Source of the DNA: Nitrospirota bacterium
GTDB lineage: Bacteria; Nitrospirota; UBA9217
Assembly (NCBI GenBank): GCA_963796285.1
Contig: CAWCKW010000013.1
Span: 352,001-416,000, forward strand
Direction: 5' to 3'
DNA: 64,000 nucleotides
The translations under genes were made by a program, and so were the position numbers. Shown here piece by piece: positions 21,223 to 32,693 of this stretch; position 1 is the first letter of the stretch; every line of letters begins with the position of its first letter. A model generated the notes under the pieces. The model ran no database searches, was not told the DNA's origin, and saw only the letters and a program-made list of their open reading frames with translations.

Positions 21223-23301
21223 TTACTTGATCAACGGCACGATCAGGAGCGCAACGATGTTGATGACCTTGATCATCGGGTTGATGGCCGGGCCTGCGGT
21301 GTCCTTGTAAGGATCGCCGACCGTATCGCCCGTTACCGATGCCTTGTGTCCGTCGCTGCCCTTCTTGTGCACGACGCCCTTGCTGTCCGTGACGCCGTCT
21401 TCAAAGGACTTCTTTGCATTGTCCCATGCGCCGCCGCCTGAGGTCATGGCAATGGCCTGGAACAGACCGGTCACGATGGCGCCGATAAGCACGCCGCCCA
21501 GGGCTTCTTTGCCCAGCAGGAGGCCCACCAGAACCGGTACGACCACCGGGAGAAGCGCCGGGAGCATCATCTCATGGATGGCGCTCTTGGTCACGATGTC
21601 AACGCACTTGCCGTACTCCGGCTTGCCGGTGCCTTCCATGATGCCCTTGATCTCGCGGAACTGTCTGCGCACTTCTTCGACCACGCCGCCGGCTGCCTTA
21701 GCAACGGACTCCATCAGGAGCGCGCCGAAGTAGTAGGGGAGCAGGCCGCCGATGAACAGGCCGCAAAGGACCATGGGATTCGAAAGGTCGAACAGGACCG
21801 TGGTGCCGAAGGAGCGTGAATATTCCGAGAACAGCACCAATGCGGCCAGTGCTGCGGAGCCGATTGCATAGCCCTTGGTCACTGCCTTGGTGGTGTTGCC
21901 GACTGCATCGAGGGGATCCGTGATATCGCGGATCGCCTGGGGAAGGCCGGCCATTTCAGCAACGCCGCCTGCGTTGTCCGTGATCGGACCGTAGGAGTCA
22001 ATGGCCACAACGATGCCGGTCATGGAGAGCATGGAAACCGCTGCCAGCGCGATTGCAAAGATGCCGCCCGAGGCAGCGTTTGCCTGGCCGGAGAATCCGC
22101 CGCCGAGCCAGTATGCGCCGAGGATCGAGGCAACGATCACGAGAACCGGTGCCGAGGTGGACTTCATGCTGACTGCGAGTCCGGCGATCACGTTCGTGCC
22201 GTGGCCGGTGAGGCTCGCCTGTGCAATGTGCTGCACCGGGGGATACTCTTTCGCGGTGAAGTACTCGGTGATCCACACGATCAGGCCGGTGAGGGCAAGA
22301 CCGATGAGGGAGATGAAGAACACCGTGTTCGCCGTAAAGACGCCGGCATTCGGGCCGAGGTCGGAGATAAAGCTTTTGGCCACAAAATAGAACGCTATTG
22401 CCGCGATAACGCCTGCAACGGCCAATCCCTTATAGAGGGCGCCCATGATGTAGTTGTTCTTGCCAAGTCTGACGAAGTAGGTGCCTACGATGGAAGCAAT
22501 GATCGAAACAGCGCCGAGCATGAGAGGGAACTCGATCCAGGGGCTGTCCGCGCCGAACACGGTCTTGGCAAGGAGCATGGCGGCCACGAGGGTCACCGTG
22601 TAAGTCTCATAGAGGTCGGCTGCCATACCGGCGCAGTCGCCCACGTTGTCGCCCACGTTGTCGGCGATCACGGCCGGGTTGCGGGGATCGTCTTCGGGGA
22701 TGTTCTTCTCAACCTTACCCACGAGGTCGGCGCCCACGTCAGCGGCCTTGGTGTAGATGCCGCCCGCGATACGGGCGAACACGCTCATGAGCGAGCAGCC
22801 GAAGCCGAGCCCGATAAGCGCGGTGGAGACCTGCTCGGCCGGAGCATAGGTCTTGGCGATGAGGTAAAAACCGGCAAGGCCGATGATGCCAAGGCCCACG
22901 ACCATGATGCCGGTCACGGAGCCGCCCTTGAACGCGAGGCTGAGCGCGGCCTGGAGGCCCTTGCTCGCTGCCGCTGCGGTACGCACGTTGGCACGGAGCG
23001 ACACCCACATGCCGATGAAACCGGCGAGGGCGGAACCTACCGTACCGATGATAAATCCGAGGGCTGCCCACTTCCCGAGTGCGGGAACGAAGAACAGGAT
23101 CCCCACCAGAATTATTGCAACGACTGCTACTGTCTTGTACTCGCGCGCCAGGAACGCATTGGCGCCTTCCTTCACTGCGTTGGAAATATCGATCATTTTC
23201 TGATTGCCTGCATCCTGCTTGTTCACCCAGATCGCGGTCATGATGCCGTAGATGACACCGGCGATGCCGCAGATCAGGGCAAATAAAATCGTGTTACTCA
23301 T
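21223..23301 (-). CDS. hppA: Membrane-bound ion-translocating pyrophosphatase (K+-independent type)
   Basis: [18 protein letters not shown] and [10 protein letters not shown]; GNTTKA carries the Lys determinant. Confidence 0.97.
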   Translation of the reverse strand: MSNTILFALICGIAGVIYGIMTAIWVNKQDAGNQKMIDISNAVKEGANAFLAREYKTVAVVAIILVGILFFVPALGKWAALGFIIGTVGSALAGFIGMWVSLRANVRTAAAASKGLQAALSLAFKGGSVTGIMVVGLGIIGLAGFYLIAKTYAPAEQVSTALIGLGFGCSLMSVFARIAGGIYTKAADVGADLVGKVEKNIPEDDPRNPAVIADNVGDNVGDCAGMAADLYETYTVTLVAAMLLAKTVFGADSPWIEFPLMLGAVSIIASIVGTYFVRLGKNNYIMGALYKGLAVAGVIAAIAFYFVAKSFISDLGPNAGVFTANTVFFISLIGLALTGLIVWITEYFTAKEYPPVQHIAQASLTGHGTNVIAGLAVSMKSTSAPVLVIVASILGAYWLGGGFSGQANAASGGIFAIALAAVSMLSMTGIVVAIDSYGPITDNAGGVAEMAGLPQAIRDITDPLDAVGNTTKAVTKGYAIGSAALAALVLFSEYSRSFGTTVLFDLSNPMVLCGLFIGGLLPYYFGALLMESVAKAAGGVVEEVRRQFREIKGIMEGTGKPEYGKCVDIVTKSAIHEMMLPALLPVVVPVLVGLLLGKEALGGVLIGAIVTGLFQAIAMTSGGGAWDNAKKSFEDGVTDSKGVVHKKGSDGHKASVTGDTVGDPYKDTAGPAINPMIKVINIVALLIVPLIK

Positions 23302-23469
23302 TATATCTCCTCCTTTTGAATTAAGTGCTATTTAAAATTTCTTTCGTCCATCAGACTTAATAATTTCTTCCCGCCATTTTGCTCCGTTATAAACGATCTG
23401 TTGTGCCTATTCCCTGCCACGTCGAACTTCTTCCGGCATCCCTCCCTCATGAGTTTATAAGATCAGCGC

Positions 23470-23907
23470 TTACACCTCGAATTTGCCGCCGATCATGTCT
23501 TTCAGATAGTGGTTTTCCGCTTTCAGGTTTTTGACGAGGACCCGGACGACGTCTCGCATGGACAGAAGCCCGACCAGCCCGCTTTCTTCAACGACCGGCG
23601 TATGGCGGATATTGTTCTGGATCATGATCGCCATCACGTAATCCAGATCTTCGCCGGGCTTGACCACCAGCAGGTTGGTGCTCATGACGTCCTTGATATT
23701 GACGTCCTTGCACTGTCGCGTTTCATCAGCCGCGTTCTTCACAATATCGCGTTCTGTGATGATCCCGACAAGCGATCCCCGATCCATCACGAGCAGCGCT
23801 CCGATATTGCACTCCGCCATCTGCTTCGCTGCGTCGAGCAGTGTCTGGCTGCTCGTGATGCTGAAGCATTCCAGTCCTTTTATGCTTAATAGTTCTTTAA
23901 CCTTCAT
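23470..23907 (-). CDS. CBS-pair protein
   Basis: NIGALLV...GIITERD and IRHTPV...GLLSMRD. Confidence 0.92.
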   Translation of the reverse strand: MKVKELLSIKGLECFSITSSQTLLDAAKQMAECNIGALLVMDRGSLVGIITERDIVKNAADETRQCKDVNIKDVMSTNLLVVKPGEDLDYVMAIMIQNNIRHTPVVEESGLVGLLSMRDVVRVLVKNLKAENHYLKDMIGGKFEV

Positions 23908-23935
23908 GGTTCAACTCCACAATAAACGCTGCGAT

Positions 23936-25102
23936 TTACTTCTTATCACGGCCGGAATTTTTCGCGAACACCATGGCCGTCGTGCGGTAGAACAGGTGCG
24001 CGAACTTCGAGTACGGGGCATAGGCAAACAGCGACCAGATGAATACCAGGTGAAGGTAATATACAAAATAGCCGACTTCCATATCAGCCAGCCGGAGACC
24101 CCACGAGAGCATGCCCGTGGCGCCGACACCGAACACGATCAGGAGGAATATCCAGTCGAAATAGGAACCCATGCCCGCTTTGCCTGCCTTGGCAATCCGG
24201 TTGAACAGGATGATGGCGAAGCCAGCGGCAAACCCGATGGAACTGACCAGCGCCAGTATTTTCACGGGATCGCTGTTCGGATAGGGAGATTCGCCGAAGT
24301 GGAAGGGGCCAAACGCCTGAATGCCGAGAAGTTCGTAGCCATAGAGATAGATGATGGCCCAGGTGGTCACGACAGCGAGCCCGGCAAAGCTGTAGAAGAG
24401 GATCATGTGGCCCCATTGCCGCAGCCTGTTCACATTACAGTCAGCGAACTTCGAATGAGCGAGGATCGTGGTGACGGAGGAAATGATGTCACCAACAAGA
24501 TTGCCGCTGGACTTCATCTCTCCTGCCTGCGACTTCATGCCGCTCCAGAGCCGCTTGATGCCGACGAAGGCCGAGACACCGGCAAAAATTGCCGTCAGGA
24601 TAAAGACCGTGTCGATCACCGGAACGGGGACGAACTTGTGGTAGGCCATGATGTTGCCTTCAGCCCTCGGAGCCGTAAAGCTGCCGTTCCCGAGCACGAC
24701 CAAAATCGCGTAAAACAGCGCCATCGGGATGGCGAACAGGAGCCAGATGAGCTTCGGGTCCTGGGCTATCTTCGCGAACAAGGGCACCATGGCGACATGT
24801 TTGATGCTCTGCTTTCTGATGGCGTTCAAAACCTCGCCGGGCTTTGCGCCGCGCGGACAATAAGCCGTGCAGTCGCTGCACTGGTGGCAAAGCCAGACAT
24901 CGGCGCTCGTGATGAGCTGGTCCTTCTGGCCCCACTGGGCAAGGACCATTTCCTTGCGGGGAAAGGGGTTCCCCTCAGGCGTGACGTTGCAGACCACCGA
25001 GCAGGTGGCGCACTGGTAGCACTTCTTCAGGGACTCGCCGCCGCCTTTGATGATCTCGTTCACGAACGCTAAATCCGGTTTAATGACCGTTGCTTCTGAC
25101 AT
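23936..25102 (-). CDS. qmoC: Quinone-interacting membrane-bound oxidoreductase subunit C
   Basis: CYQCATCSVVC and CHQCSDCTAYC plus six TM segments with His ligands; follows qmoB. Confidence 0.95.
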   Translation of the reverse strand: MSEATVIKPDLAFVNEIIKGGGESLKKCYQCATCSVVCNVTPEGNPFPRKEMVLAQWGQKDQLITSADVWLCHQCSDCTAYCPRGAKPGEVLNAIRKQSIKHVAMVPLFAKIAQDPKLIWLLFAIPMALFYAILVVLGNGSFTAPRAEGNIMAYHKFVPVPVIDTVFILTAIFAGVSAFVGIKRLWSGMKSQAGEMKSSGNLVGDIISSVTTILAHSKFADCNVNRLRQWGHMILFYSFAGLAVVTTWAIIYLYGYELLGIQAFGPFHFGESPYPNSDPVKILALVSSIGFAAGFAIILFNRIAKAGKAGMGSYFDWIFLLIVFGVGATGMLSWGLRLADMEVGYFVYYLHLVFIWSLFAYAPYSKFAHLFYRTTAMVFAKNSGRDKK

Positions 25103-25167
25103 AAATTCTATCCTCCACTTGCTGGTTAGGAGTTTTTACTCTTTACTATGAACTCCGTACTCATTAC

Positions 25168-27402
25168 TTACATGGTCCTAAACGGATTCGGTCCGATCTC
25201 TCTTATCCTGGCAGCAAACTCATTGAGCATATCCGGCAGTTTATCATACTCGTTGATAGCCACCTGCATGAGCTGGACGCGCTCGGACTCAAGCTGGAGC
25301 CGGTTCAGGGTCTCGCTGACCTTGCTGAAGCGGGTGTTCGCAAGTTCGCTGCCCTTGACGAAGTGGCACTGATAGTTCTCTCCGAACTTGCAGCCCAGGA
25401 GCAGCATACCGTCGGCGCCCTTGGACAGCGCGTCGGCAACCCACACCAAGTTCATGCCGCCCAGGCACCGCATGGAAATGAACCGGAATGCCGGATCGAT
25501 CTTCTTTCCGGCAATAGCCGCTGTGTCGAGCGCCGGATAGGAGTCGTTCTCGCAGACCAGGCAGATGATCGTCGGCTTGTCCTCATCATCGGAGTATTCC
25601 ACCGCCTTGAGCATCGAACCGACGATGTCGACGCTGTAGTCCTTGAAGGAGACGATACGCTCGGGGCAGGCGCCCATGCAGGTGCCGCAGCGCCGGCAGC
25701 GGTTAAGATTGTATTTCGGAATGCCCTTCTCATCCTCATCGATCGCGCCAAAGGGACATTCTTCCGTGCACCGCTTGCAGGCCGTGCACTTGATCAGCAT
25801 CGGATCGGGGAACGTGACGTCCCAGGCACGTGGATGGACCGCAACGCCGCGCGCCACATGGTCCATGGCCTGAATGGCCTTGAACGCCGCGCCGGCCCCG
25901 TCCTCCATGGCCTCCGCCATGTTCATGGGCTGGTGCACGCCGCCTGCCGCATAGATACCGGTCCTGCGCGTTTCATACTGGAAACAGATAAAGTTCGAAT
26001 CAGCGAAACCTGACGCCCCTTCGAGGGTCGGGATCTCCGGTCCCTGACGGTAGCCGAGATTCAGAATATAGTCAGGCTTGGGTGTCTGCTCAAGATAGTT
26101 CTTTTTGGCCTCATCGCCGCCGCCTGCGGCCTTGGTCAGTCCGTCGGCATATTCCTGGGGACCACGCGAGGTCGGGACCATGCCGGTGGCAAGGACCACG
26201 AGGTCTGCCTCGACCTTCACCTTTTCGCCCGTCTTGGTGCCGAAGAGCGTGTTCTCCATTTCAACGAACATATTGCCGTTCCCGGCATCGGATACGCCGG
26301 TCACATCAGCCTTGGTGAGCATCACTCCGGGATTGTTCTGGGCTTCTTTGTAGTAGAGCTCGGTCCTGCCCGGTGTCCGGATGTCCTTGTAGAAGATCAT
26401 GGCAAGGGCATCTTCGTTCTGCCGCACGTACTGCGACTGTTTGAGCGATGTGGCGCAGCACATGGAAGAGCAGTACGGCAGATGGTTCGGATCGCGCTGC
26501 CCGGCGCACTGGATGAAGGCGACCTTCAAGGCAGGCTTTCCATCGGACGGGCGCAGGAGCTTCCCGTTGTTCTTCTTCGCGATCTCCTCGAGTTCGAGGT
26601 TCGTGACCACGTTCTTCATCTTGCCGTAGCCGAGGTAGTCGAGTTTGTTCGCATCGTATGGCTTCCAGCCGGAGGCCATTACGATGGCGCCGATCTTCAT
26701 GGTATCGCCATTCGAAAGCGTCACGTCATAGAGACCGGGCTGACCATCGGTCTTGGACACGGTGGTTGACTTGTATACTTTGATGTTCGGGTTGCTCTCG
26801 ACCTCGCTTACCGTCTTGGCAATGTCCGTATCCACGATAAGGGGTTTATTGATATACGAACCCGTCGGGATCTTCTTATAGAGCTTGTTCACGAATCCGC
26901 CGAGCTGGGCATCTTTTTCAACGAGCACGACCTTCTCGCCCGCTCCTGCAGCGGACAGGGCTGCGGACATGCCCGCGATACCGCCGCCGATCACGAGGAT
27001 CGTCTTGCTCAGGTCCGGCAGGATGCTCGGCTCCGGCAGATCGCCTTTCTGGGTCTTGACGATGCCCATGCTGATATAGTCATAGGCAGCGTCGTTCGTC
27101 TCATCAGTGTTCGGTTCCATTGTCCAGGCAACGAACTCGCGGATATTGACACGCTCGACTATGGCGCCCGGGAAATCGAACTCTTCATATTTGGCGCGGG
27201 GCGAGCAGGCCGCGATGATGATCGTGTTCACGCCGTCCTTCGCCATATCGTCTTTGATCAGTTGAACGCCCTCGGGGCTGCACAGGACGTCATGGAATTT
27301 GTAGTTCTGGACCTTCTTAGCCGCACCGGCGACCTTTTCAACGTCCATCGCCTCCTTGATGCCGCATCCTTTGCAGATATATACGCCGTATTTCTTCTCC
27401 AT
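25168..27402 (-). CDS. qmoB: QmoB (HdrA-like flavoprotein + 2x4Fe-4S + MvhD domain)
   Basis: GGGIAG, QCAGQRD, two ferredoxin motifs and C-terminal CEND/RCLG/GC...CHF. Confidence 0.95.
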   Translation of the reverse strand: MEKKYGVYICKGCGIKEAMDVEKVAGAAKKVQNYKFHDVLCSPEGVQLIKDDMAKDGVNTIIIAACSPRAKYEEFDFPGAIVERVNIREFVAWTMEPNTDETNDAAYDYISMGIVKTQKGDLPEPSILPDLSKTILVIGGGIAGMSAALSAAGAGEKVVLVEKDAQLGGFVNKLYKKIPTGSYINKPLIVDTDIAKTVSEVESNPNIKVYKSTTVSKTDGQPGLYDVTLSNGDTMKIGAIVMASGWKPYDANKLDYLGYGKMKNVVTNLELEEIAKKNNGKLLRPSDGKPALKVAFIQCAGQRDPNHLPYCSSMCCATSLKQSQYVRQNEDALAMIFYKDIRTPGRTELYYKEAQNNPGVMLTKADVTGVSDAGNGNMFVEMENTLFGTKTGEKVKVEADLVVLATGMVPTSRGPQEYADGLTKAAGGGDEAKKNYLEQTPKPDYILNLGYRQGPEIPTLEGASGFADSNFICFQYETRRTGIYAAGGVHQPMNMAEAMEDGAGAAFKAIQAMDHVARGVAVHPRAWDVTFPDPMLIKCTACKRCTEECPFGAIDEDEKGIPKYNLNRCRRCGTCMGACPERIVSFKDYSVDIVGSMLKAVEYSDDEDKPTIICLVCENDSYPALDTAAIAGKKIDPAFRFISMRCLGGMNLVWVADALSKGADGMLLLGCKFGENYQCHFVKGSELANTRFSKVSETLNRLQLESERVQLMQVAINEYDKLPDMLNEFAARIREIGPNPFRTM

Positions 27403-27404
27403 CC

Positions 27405-28655
27405 TTATTTCCTCCTCAAGCTTTGGATGCTCTTCATCACCACGCCGGTGGCATCCTGCGCGGACCGCGCCACATCAACGGGGGTCTTGAGCGTCCCGGT
27501 CGCATAGATGCCCTTCGGGAGCGTTGCCTGGTCCACAAACCCGTCGTCGGTCGGCGTAATCCCCGCACCCTTGAAGGACTCTGTCGAGGGTTGCATGCCC
27601 GTGGCCAGGACGACCATGTCGAAGGTCTCGGTGATCTTGGTCCCGCCCTGGATGTCCTCGGCGGTGACCTTCACATCACCGTTCTGTGCCTGCTCGACCT
27701 TGGCTACCTTGCCTTTGAGGAAGGACACGTTCTGGTCTTCCTTGATCTTGGTGTAGAACCGGTTCTCATAGAGGCCCGGAGTTCTGATGTCGATATAAAA
27801 GATCTTGACCTTGGAATCAGGATAGAGCTCCCGCACATAGGATGCCTGCTTCAGCGAAGCAAGGCAGCAGATGTAGGAGCAATGTGCCAGATGGTTCTCG
27901 TCGCGAGAGCCTGCGCACTGCACGAAGGCGATGTTCTTCACCTCTTTGCCGTCGGAAGGGCGAACGATCTTGCCGCCCGTGGGGCCGTTGGGCGCCGCGA
28001 TACGCTCCATCATCATGTTCGTGATCACATTCTGGACCGTCCCGAACCCGAGGTTGTCCATCTTCGTGGCGTCATACGGGTTCCAGCCCGTCGCCATGAC
28101 CACGGCGCCGACCTTGACGTTCACGGTCTCGGCCTTCATGTCGAGGTGGATCGCGTCATACTTGCACGCTTCAACGCACTTGGCGCATGACGAACCCTTG
28201 CATGCCTTGACGTCAACGACATACTGCAGGGGGAACGCCTGGTTGTGCGGGAGGTAGGCGGCCTTGGTCTTGCTCATGCCGAAATCGAAGTCGTTCGACC
28301 GCTCCTCAGGGCATGCTTCGGTGCACTTGTTGCAGCCGGTGCATTTTTCGTTCACGAACCGGGGCTGCGTTTTAATGGTCACATCGAAGTTCCCTTCGGC
28401 GCCCGAGATCTTCTCCACTTCGGCCATGGTATAGATCGTTATCTGGCCGTTGTTCTTGATACGCTTGTACTGGATCTCAAGACCGCAGTTCGGGGGGCAC
28501 ATCTTCCAGAAGTACTTGTTCAGCTGTGTCACCCTGCCGCCGAGGTAGGGGTTCTTTTCCACGATGATAACGTCGGAACCTGCTTCCGCAGCCTCCACCG
28601 CTGCCGTGAGGCCGCTGAAACCTCCGCCGACAACCAACACCTTATTTTCCGCCAT
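27405..28655 (-). CDS. qmoA: QmoA (HdrA-like flavoprotein)
   Basis: GGGFSG, LGGRV.QLNKYF.K.CPP.CG and QCAGSRD. Confidence 0.95.
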   Translation of the reverse strand: MAENKVLVVGGGFSGLTAAVEAAEAGSDVIIVEKNPYLGGRVTQLNKYFWKMCPPNCGLEIQYKRIKNNGQITIYTMAEVEKISGAEGNFDVTIKTQPRFVNEKCTGCNKCTEACPEERSNDFDFGMSKTKAAYLPHNQAFPLQYVVDVKACKGSSCAKCVEACKYDAIHLDMKAETVNVKVGAVVMATGWNPYDATKMDNLGFGTVQNVITNMMMERIAAPNGPTGGKIVRPSDGKEVKNIAFVQCAGSRDENHLAHCSYICCLASLKQASYVRELYPDSKVKIFYIDIRTPGLYENRFYTKIKEDQNVSFLKGKVAKVEQAQNGDVKVTAEDIQGGTKITETFDMVVLATGMQPSTESFKGAGITPTDDGFVDQATLPKGIYATGTLKTPVDVARSAQDATGVVMKSIQSLRRK

Positions 28656-28779
28656 GGTATCTTATTCCTCCTTAAGGCTGTAAAACCGAGAACGTTGGAG
28701 ACTGGAAACTGAAATTGAAGATTGGAAATTTTAAATTTGCGGTCGGACGTCTTCCGTCAATTTACAATTTTCAATGTTC

Positions 28780-28816
28780 AAAAAAATCTCCGGGAAGGGC
28801 AAAGCCCTCCCCGGAG
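28780..28816 (-). terminator. Terminator between aprA and qmoA
   Basis: CTCCGGGAGGGC/GCCCTTCCCGGAG hairpin followed by a T run on the minus strand. Confidence 0.75.
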
Positions 28817-28828
28817 TTGTGAATGTTC

Positions 28829-30868
28829 TTAATGTTTCACAGGAGCTGCATCTTCAACAAGCTGTACGTAGGGGACCTTCTTGACTTCCCACTTGTCAGT
28901 CGCAATGTCGTACTTCGAGTTCACAAAGCACTTCCAGTTGGTGTCATCAACGAGATCGAAGTCACCGCGATAGTAGTAGCCGGGATAGCGCGACTCCTCA
29001 CGGAACAGGATGTGGCGTGCATGGGCTTCCACGGAGAGGATGCGGTGATAGTTCTCCCAGCAGCGCATCAGCTCGTGCAGGTTGCTTGCCGCCATCTTGG
29101 AGGTATCTTCCTTCAGGACCTGGAGCTTCTGGAGCCCTGCATCCAGCATGGTCTTGGAGGTCATGTACCAGGTCGAGATGCCGCCAAAGTACTCGTCCGA
29201 GATCTTCTGGAGACGGGTCTGGAGCATCTTCGGCTTGATGTAGTTCGGGTTGATATCCGTGGCCGTGGTGTAGGTCTTGTGCTTCTCGTACACCTCGAAA
29301 GGCAGATAAAGCTCGGCTGCCAGATGGTCCGCCGTTTCTTTGATCGTCGGTGTGTAGCTCGGATTATCGAGGATGAACGAGATCGCGCTCTTTGCCGCGA
29401 TGCGGCCTTCAGCATGAGAACCGGACGAGAACTTATGGCCCGATGCTCCGCAGATGTCGCCGCACATAAAGAGGCCTCTTACGGTCGACGAGCGGTTGTA
29501 GTTGCCCGCCGGCCACTTCTTGTTCCACTCTTCCGGAGCGCCGAGGTCATCGGGACCGCAGCACCAGAAGCCCGCACAGCCCGCGTGCGAACCGAGGAGA
29601 TAAGGCTCGGTCGGCATGATTTCGGACGGAACTTTATCCGGCTCGATGTTCTGCGCAGCCCAAAGGCCGGCTTGGCCGATGGCCATGTCGAGGAAGTCTT
29701 CCCATGCCTCAGCCTCGAGGTGCTTCACCTTCTTGGCGCCCTCTTTGTCGCCGAGTTTCTCCTTGAAGGTCTTGTTGATGGCTGCCATGGCCTCATCCGT
29801 TCTCATGAGGATCGGGCCTTTGCCAAGCTTCATGTCACGCATCATCAGGTGGTTGCGGATTGCCGTGCCGAGAACATCGACATACTTGCCGTACTTGGCC
29901 TTGGCCTCTGCCACGGCTTCGGGGTTGACGCAATAGTCTTCACCGAGGCTGTTGGTCGCCTTGGCCTTGAAGAACAGGAACCAGGCGCCCACCGGTCCGT
30001 AACCGTCCTTGAAGCGGGCGGGAACGAAGCGGTTCTCCATCATGGTCAGCTCTGCGCCGGCCTGCAGGCCGAGAGCGTAGCCGGAGCCGGAATTCCACAC
30101 CGGATACCATGCGCGGCCCTGACCTTCCTGGGTTGACCGGGGACGGAACACGTTCACCGCGCCGCCGGCTGCCAGTACCATGGCCTTTGCTTTGAAGATG
30201 TAGATCTTGTTCTCACGAACGCTGAAGCCGGCCGCTGCTGCAACGCGGTTCGGCTCCTTGGCATCATTGTAAAGCTTCACGATGAACACGCGCTCATAGT
30301 GGTTGGTCTTCACCCCGGTGGCTGCGCGATTGCTCTCCAAGGCCTTCTTCGCGGCTTCCGCCACGATGACCTTGTAGGACTCGCCGTTGATCATGATCTG
30401 CCACTTGCCCGAACGGACCGGCTTGCCGCCGTCCTTCAGCATGGTCTTTCCCGCTTCCTTTGCCTGGAAGCCGTCCAACGAGAAGCCGTCATCGCCCATC
30501 TTCCAGATCGGCAGGCCCCACTCCTCGAACAGCTGCACGGAATCATCAACGTGACGGCCGAGGTCATAGACCAGGTCTTCGCGGATGATGCCCATGAGGT
30601 CGTTCCGTACCATCTTTACATAGTCCGCCGGATCGTTATCGCCCATGTAGGTGTTGATGGCCGACAGACCCATGGCAACAGCGCCGGACCGGTCGGTCGC
30701 AGCCTTGTCCACCATGGTGATTTTTATCTTCTTGGGGTTCGCCCAGCGGGCGCCTTCAAATGCCGCGCCGCAGCACGCCATGCCGCCGCCGATGAGGAGG
30801 AGATCGGTCTCAATCTCTTCGATTGCGGGCTTTGCGCAAAACGAAAATGTACAGGTTTCTTTTTCCAT
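28829..30868 (-). CDS. aprA: Adenylylsulfate reductase alpha subunit
   Basis: RSGAVAMGLSAINTY, WQIMINGESYK, ARFKDGYGPVG and EESRYPG. Confidence 0.98.
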   Translation of the reverse strand: MEKETCTFSFCAKPAIEEIETDLLLIGGGMACCGAAFEGARWANPKKIKITMVDKAATDRSGAVAMGLSAINTYMGDNDPADYVKMVRNDLMGIIREDLVYDLGRHVDDSVQLFEEWGLPIWKMGDDGFSLDGFQAKEAGKTMLKDGGKPVRSGKWQIMINGESYKVIVAEAAKKALESNRAATGVKTNHYERVFIVKLYNDAKEPNRVAAAAGFSVRENKIYIFKAKAMVLAAGGAVNVFRPRSTQEGQGRAWYPVWNSGSGYALGLQAGAELTMMENRFVPARFKDGYGPVGAWFLFFKAKATNSLGEDYCVNPEAVAEAKAKYGKYVDVLGTAIRNHLMMRDMKLGKGPILMRTDEAMAAINKTFKEKLGDKEGAKKVKHLEAEAWEDFLDMAIGQAGLWAAQNIEPDKVPSEIMPTEPYLLGSHAGCAGFWCCGPDDLGAPEEWNKKWPAGNYNRSSTVRGLFMCGDICGASGHKFSSGSHAEGRIAAKSAISFILDNPSYTPTIKETADHLAAELYLPFEVYEKHKTYTTATDINPNYIKPKMLQTRLQKISDEYFGGISTWYMTSKTMLDAGLQKLQVLKEDTSKMAASNLHELMRCWENYHRILSVEAHARHILFREESRYPGYYYRGDFDLVDDTNWKCFVNSKYDIATDKWEVKKVPYVQLVEDAAPVKH

Positions 30869-30882
30869 TTGTCATATCCTCC

Positions 30883-31314
30883 TTATTTCTTGATTACCGG
30901 CATAGCCTTCGATGTTGTGAAGTAGCCCGGCTGTTTGAGTTTTGCAAAATCGACCTCGGGTTTTCCCTTGTAGGGATCGACCGAACCTTCGGCAGTGGTC
31001 CTGATCGGGAACTTGAACCGCTTGAGGATCCCGTTCCGGAACTTGATGGTCCACATGATGGAGTCCGTGCCCCTCATCGGGATCACATTCGCGCCCAGAG
31101 GGGCGAAATCCTGGTAGGCCCTGATCTCGATCGCCTGCTGCGGGCAGATCTTGACGCAGTTGTAGCACTCCCAGCACTGCTCGGGTTCCTGGTTGTACGC
31201 CTTCATGAGGTCCCTGTTCAGGGTCATGAGGTCGTTCGGGCAGATATACTGGCAAGCAGTCTTATCTTGCGCCTTGCAGCCGTCACACTTCTCGGTAATT
31301 ACATAACTCGGCAT
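30883..31314 (-). CDS. aprB: Adenylylsulfate reductase beta subunit
   Basis: CDGC...CQYICP, CWECYNCVKICP and KRFKFPIRTT. Confidence 0.98.
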   Translation of the reverse strand: MPSYVITEKCDGCKAQDKTACQYICPNDLMTLNRDLMKAYNQEPEQCWECYNCVKICPQQAIEIRAYQDFAPLGANVIPMRGTDSIMWTIKFRNGILKRFKFPIRTTAEGSVDPYKGKPEVDFAKLKQPGYFTTSKAMPVIKK

Positions 31315-31376
31315 GTTATTACTTCCTCCTATCTATGGATTGTAGTTAACTGCACTTGCAGTTGTTAAACCTTCAG

Positions 31377-32618
31377 TTACTTCTTCTCCGTATGCGTGCC
31401 CTCGGCGTGGCTGTGCAGCTTGATCTCCACCTTCGTGGTAAGACCCGCGTAGTACTTCTTGAGGATCTCGAGCACTTCGGGACGGCTGAAATGATCAGGC
31501 ACGTTCTCGCCCTCGGAGAGCATCTTCCGGAGCTTGGTGCCGGAAAGCATGAGGCGGTCTTCCTTGCCGTGGGGGCAGGTCCTCATGGAGGCCATGCCGT
31601 CGCACTTGAAGCAATAGAACGTATGGTCGATCTTGAGCGGCTGGGTCTCAAGCGCGCCTTTCGGGATGTCATCGAATATCTTCTGCGCATCAAAGGGGCC
31701 GTAGTAGTCGCCCACTCCGGCGTGGTCGCGGCCGACGATCAGGTGGCTGCAGCCGAAGTTCTGGCGGAAGAGCGCATGCAGGAGCGCCTCACGCGGACCG
31801 GCGTAGCGCATTTCCATGGGGTAGCCGCACTGGATGGACGAGTCCTTCACGAAGTACTTTTCCATGAGCGTGTTGATGGCATCGGCGCGGACATCGGCCG
31901 GGATATCGCCCTCTTTGAGCTTGCCCAGGATCTGGTGGATCAGGACGCCGTCCATGGTCTCGATGGCGATCTTGGCGAGATACTCGTGCGAGCGATGCAT
32001 GGGATTCCTGGTCTGGAACGCCGCGATCGTGCTCCAGCCCTTTTCCTCGAACATCTTGCGGGTCTGTTTCGGGGTCATATAGATACCCTTGAAGGTCTCC
32101 GGGAAATGGGCCTCGGAGAGGACCTTTACCGGGCCGGCAAGGTTCACATCAGGCTGTCCCATGACCTTCTGGACGCCCGGGTGACCGGCAACATCGTTGG
32201 TGCGGAAGATCTGCTTGCACTCATGCTCCTTGTCGGTCTTGGACATGGCGTACTTCTCGGCCACCTTCATGGTAGCCATGATCGTGCCCGATTCCTCGTC
32301 AACAAGGGTGATCTCTTCGTTCTTCTTGAGCGAATTGGCGAAGTCCGCGCTTGCGGAAAGTGTCACCGGGACCGGCCAAAACGTGCCGTCCGCCATCTTG
32401 TACTTGTCGCAGACACCCTTCCAGTCCTTTTTGGTCATGAAGCCCGTAAGCGGGGTGAATGCTCCGATGCCCATCATCACGAGGTCTGCGGTCTCGCGCG
32501 AAGAGATCTTCAGCTGCTTCAGGGTCTTGGCCTTCTTTAGTTCTTTCTGAAGGGCCGCCCCTTCCAGAAGAAGCGGCATGAGCTTCTTCTTTTTACCGTG
32601 CGGCTTTACCAGTGCCAT
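31377..32618 (-). CDS. sat: Sulfate adenylyltransferase
   Basis: [20 protein letters not shown] and GRDHAGVG. Confidence 0.98.
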   Translation of the reverse strand: MALVKPHGKKKKLMPLLLEGAALQKELKKAKTLKQLKISSRETADLVMMGIGAFTPLTGFMTKKDWKGVCDKYKMADGTFWPVPVTLSASADFANSLKKNEEITLVDEESGTIMATMKVAEKYAMSKTDKEHECKQIFRTNDVAGHPGVQKVMGQPDVNLAGPVKVLSEAHFPETFKGIYMTPKQTRKMFEEKGWSTIAAFQTRNPMHRSHEYLAKIAIETMDGVLIHQILGKLKEGDIPADVRADAINTLMEKYFVKDSSIQCGYPMEMRYAGPREALLHALFRQNFGCSHLIVGRDHAGVGDYYGPFDAQKIFDDIPKGALETQPLKIDHTFYCFKCDGMASMRTCPHGKEDRLMLSGTKLRKMLSEGENVPDHFSRPEVLEILKKYYAGLTTKVEIKLHSHAEGTHTEKK

Positions 32619-32693
32619 AATACTTTCCTCCTTGCAAGAATTTTAAAAAATATATTCCACTGTGGCTTATGGCCACAACTCGTACGCTTCCGA

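Noticed and set aside
32670-32688. Rex box upstream of sat
   Set aside because: TTGTG-N9-CACAG has the wrong spacing and a GC-rich core.
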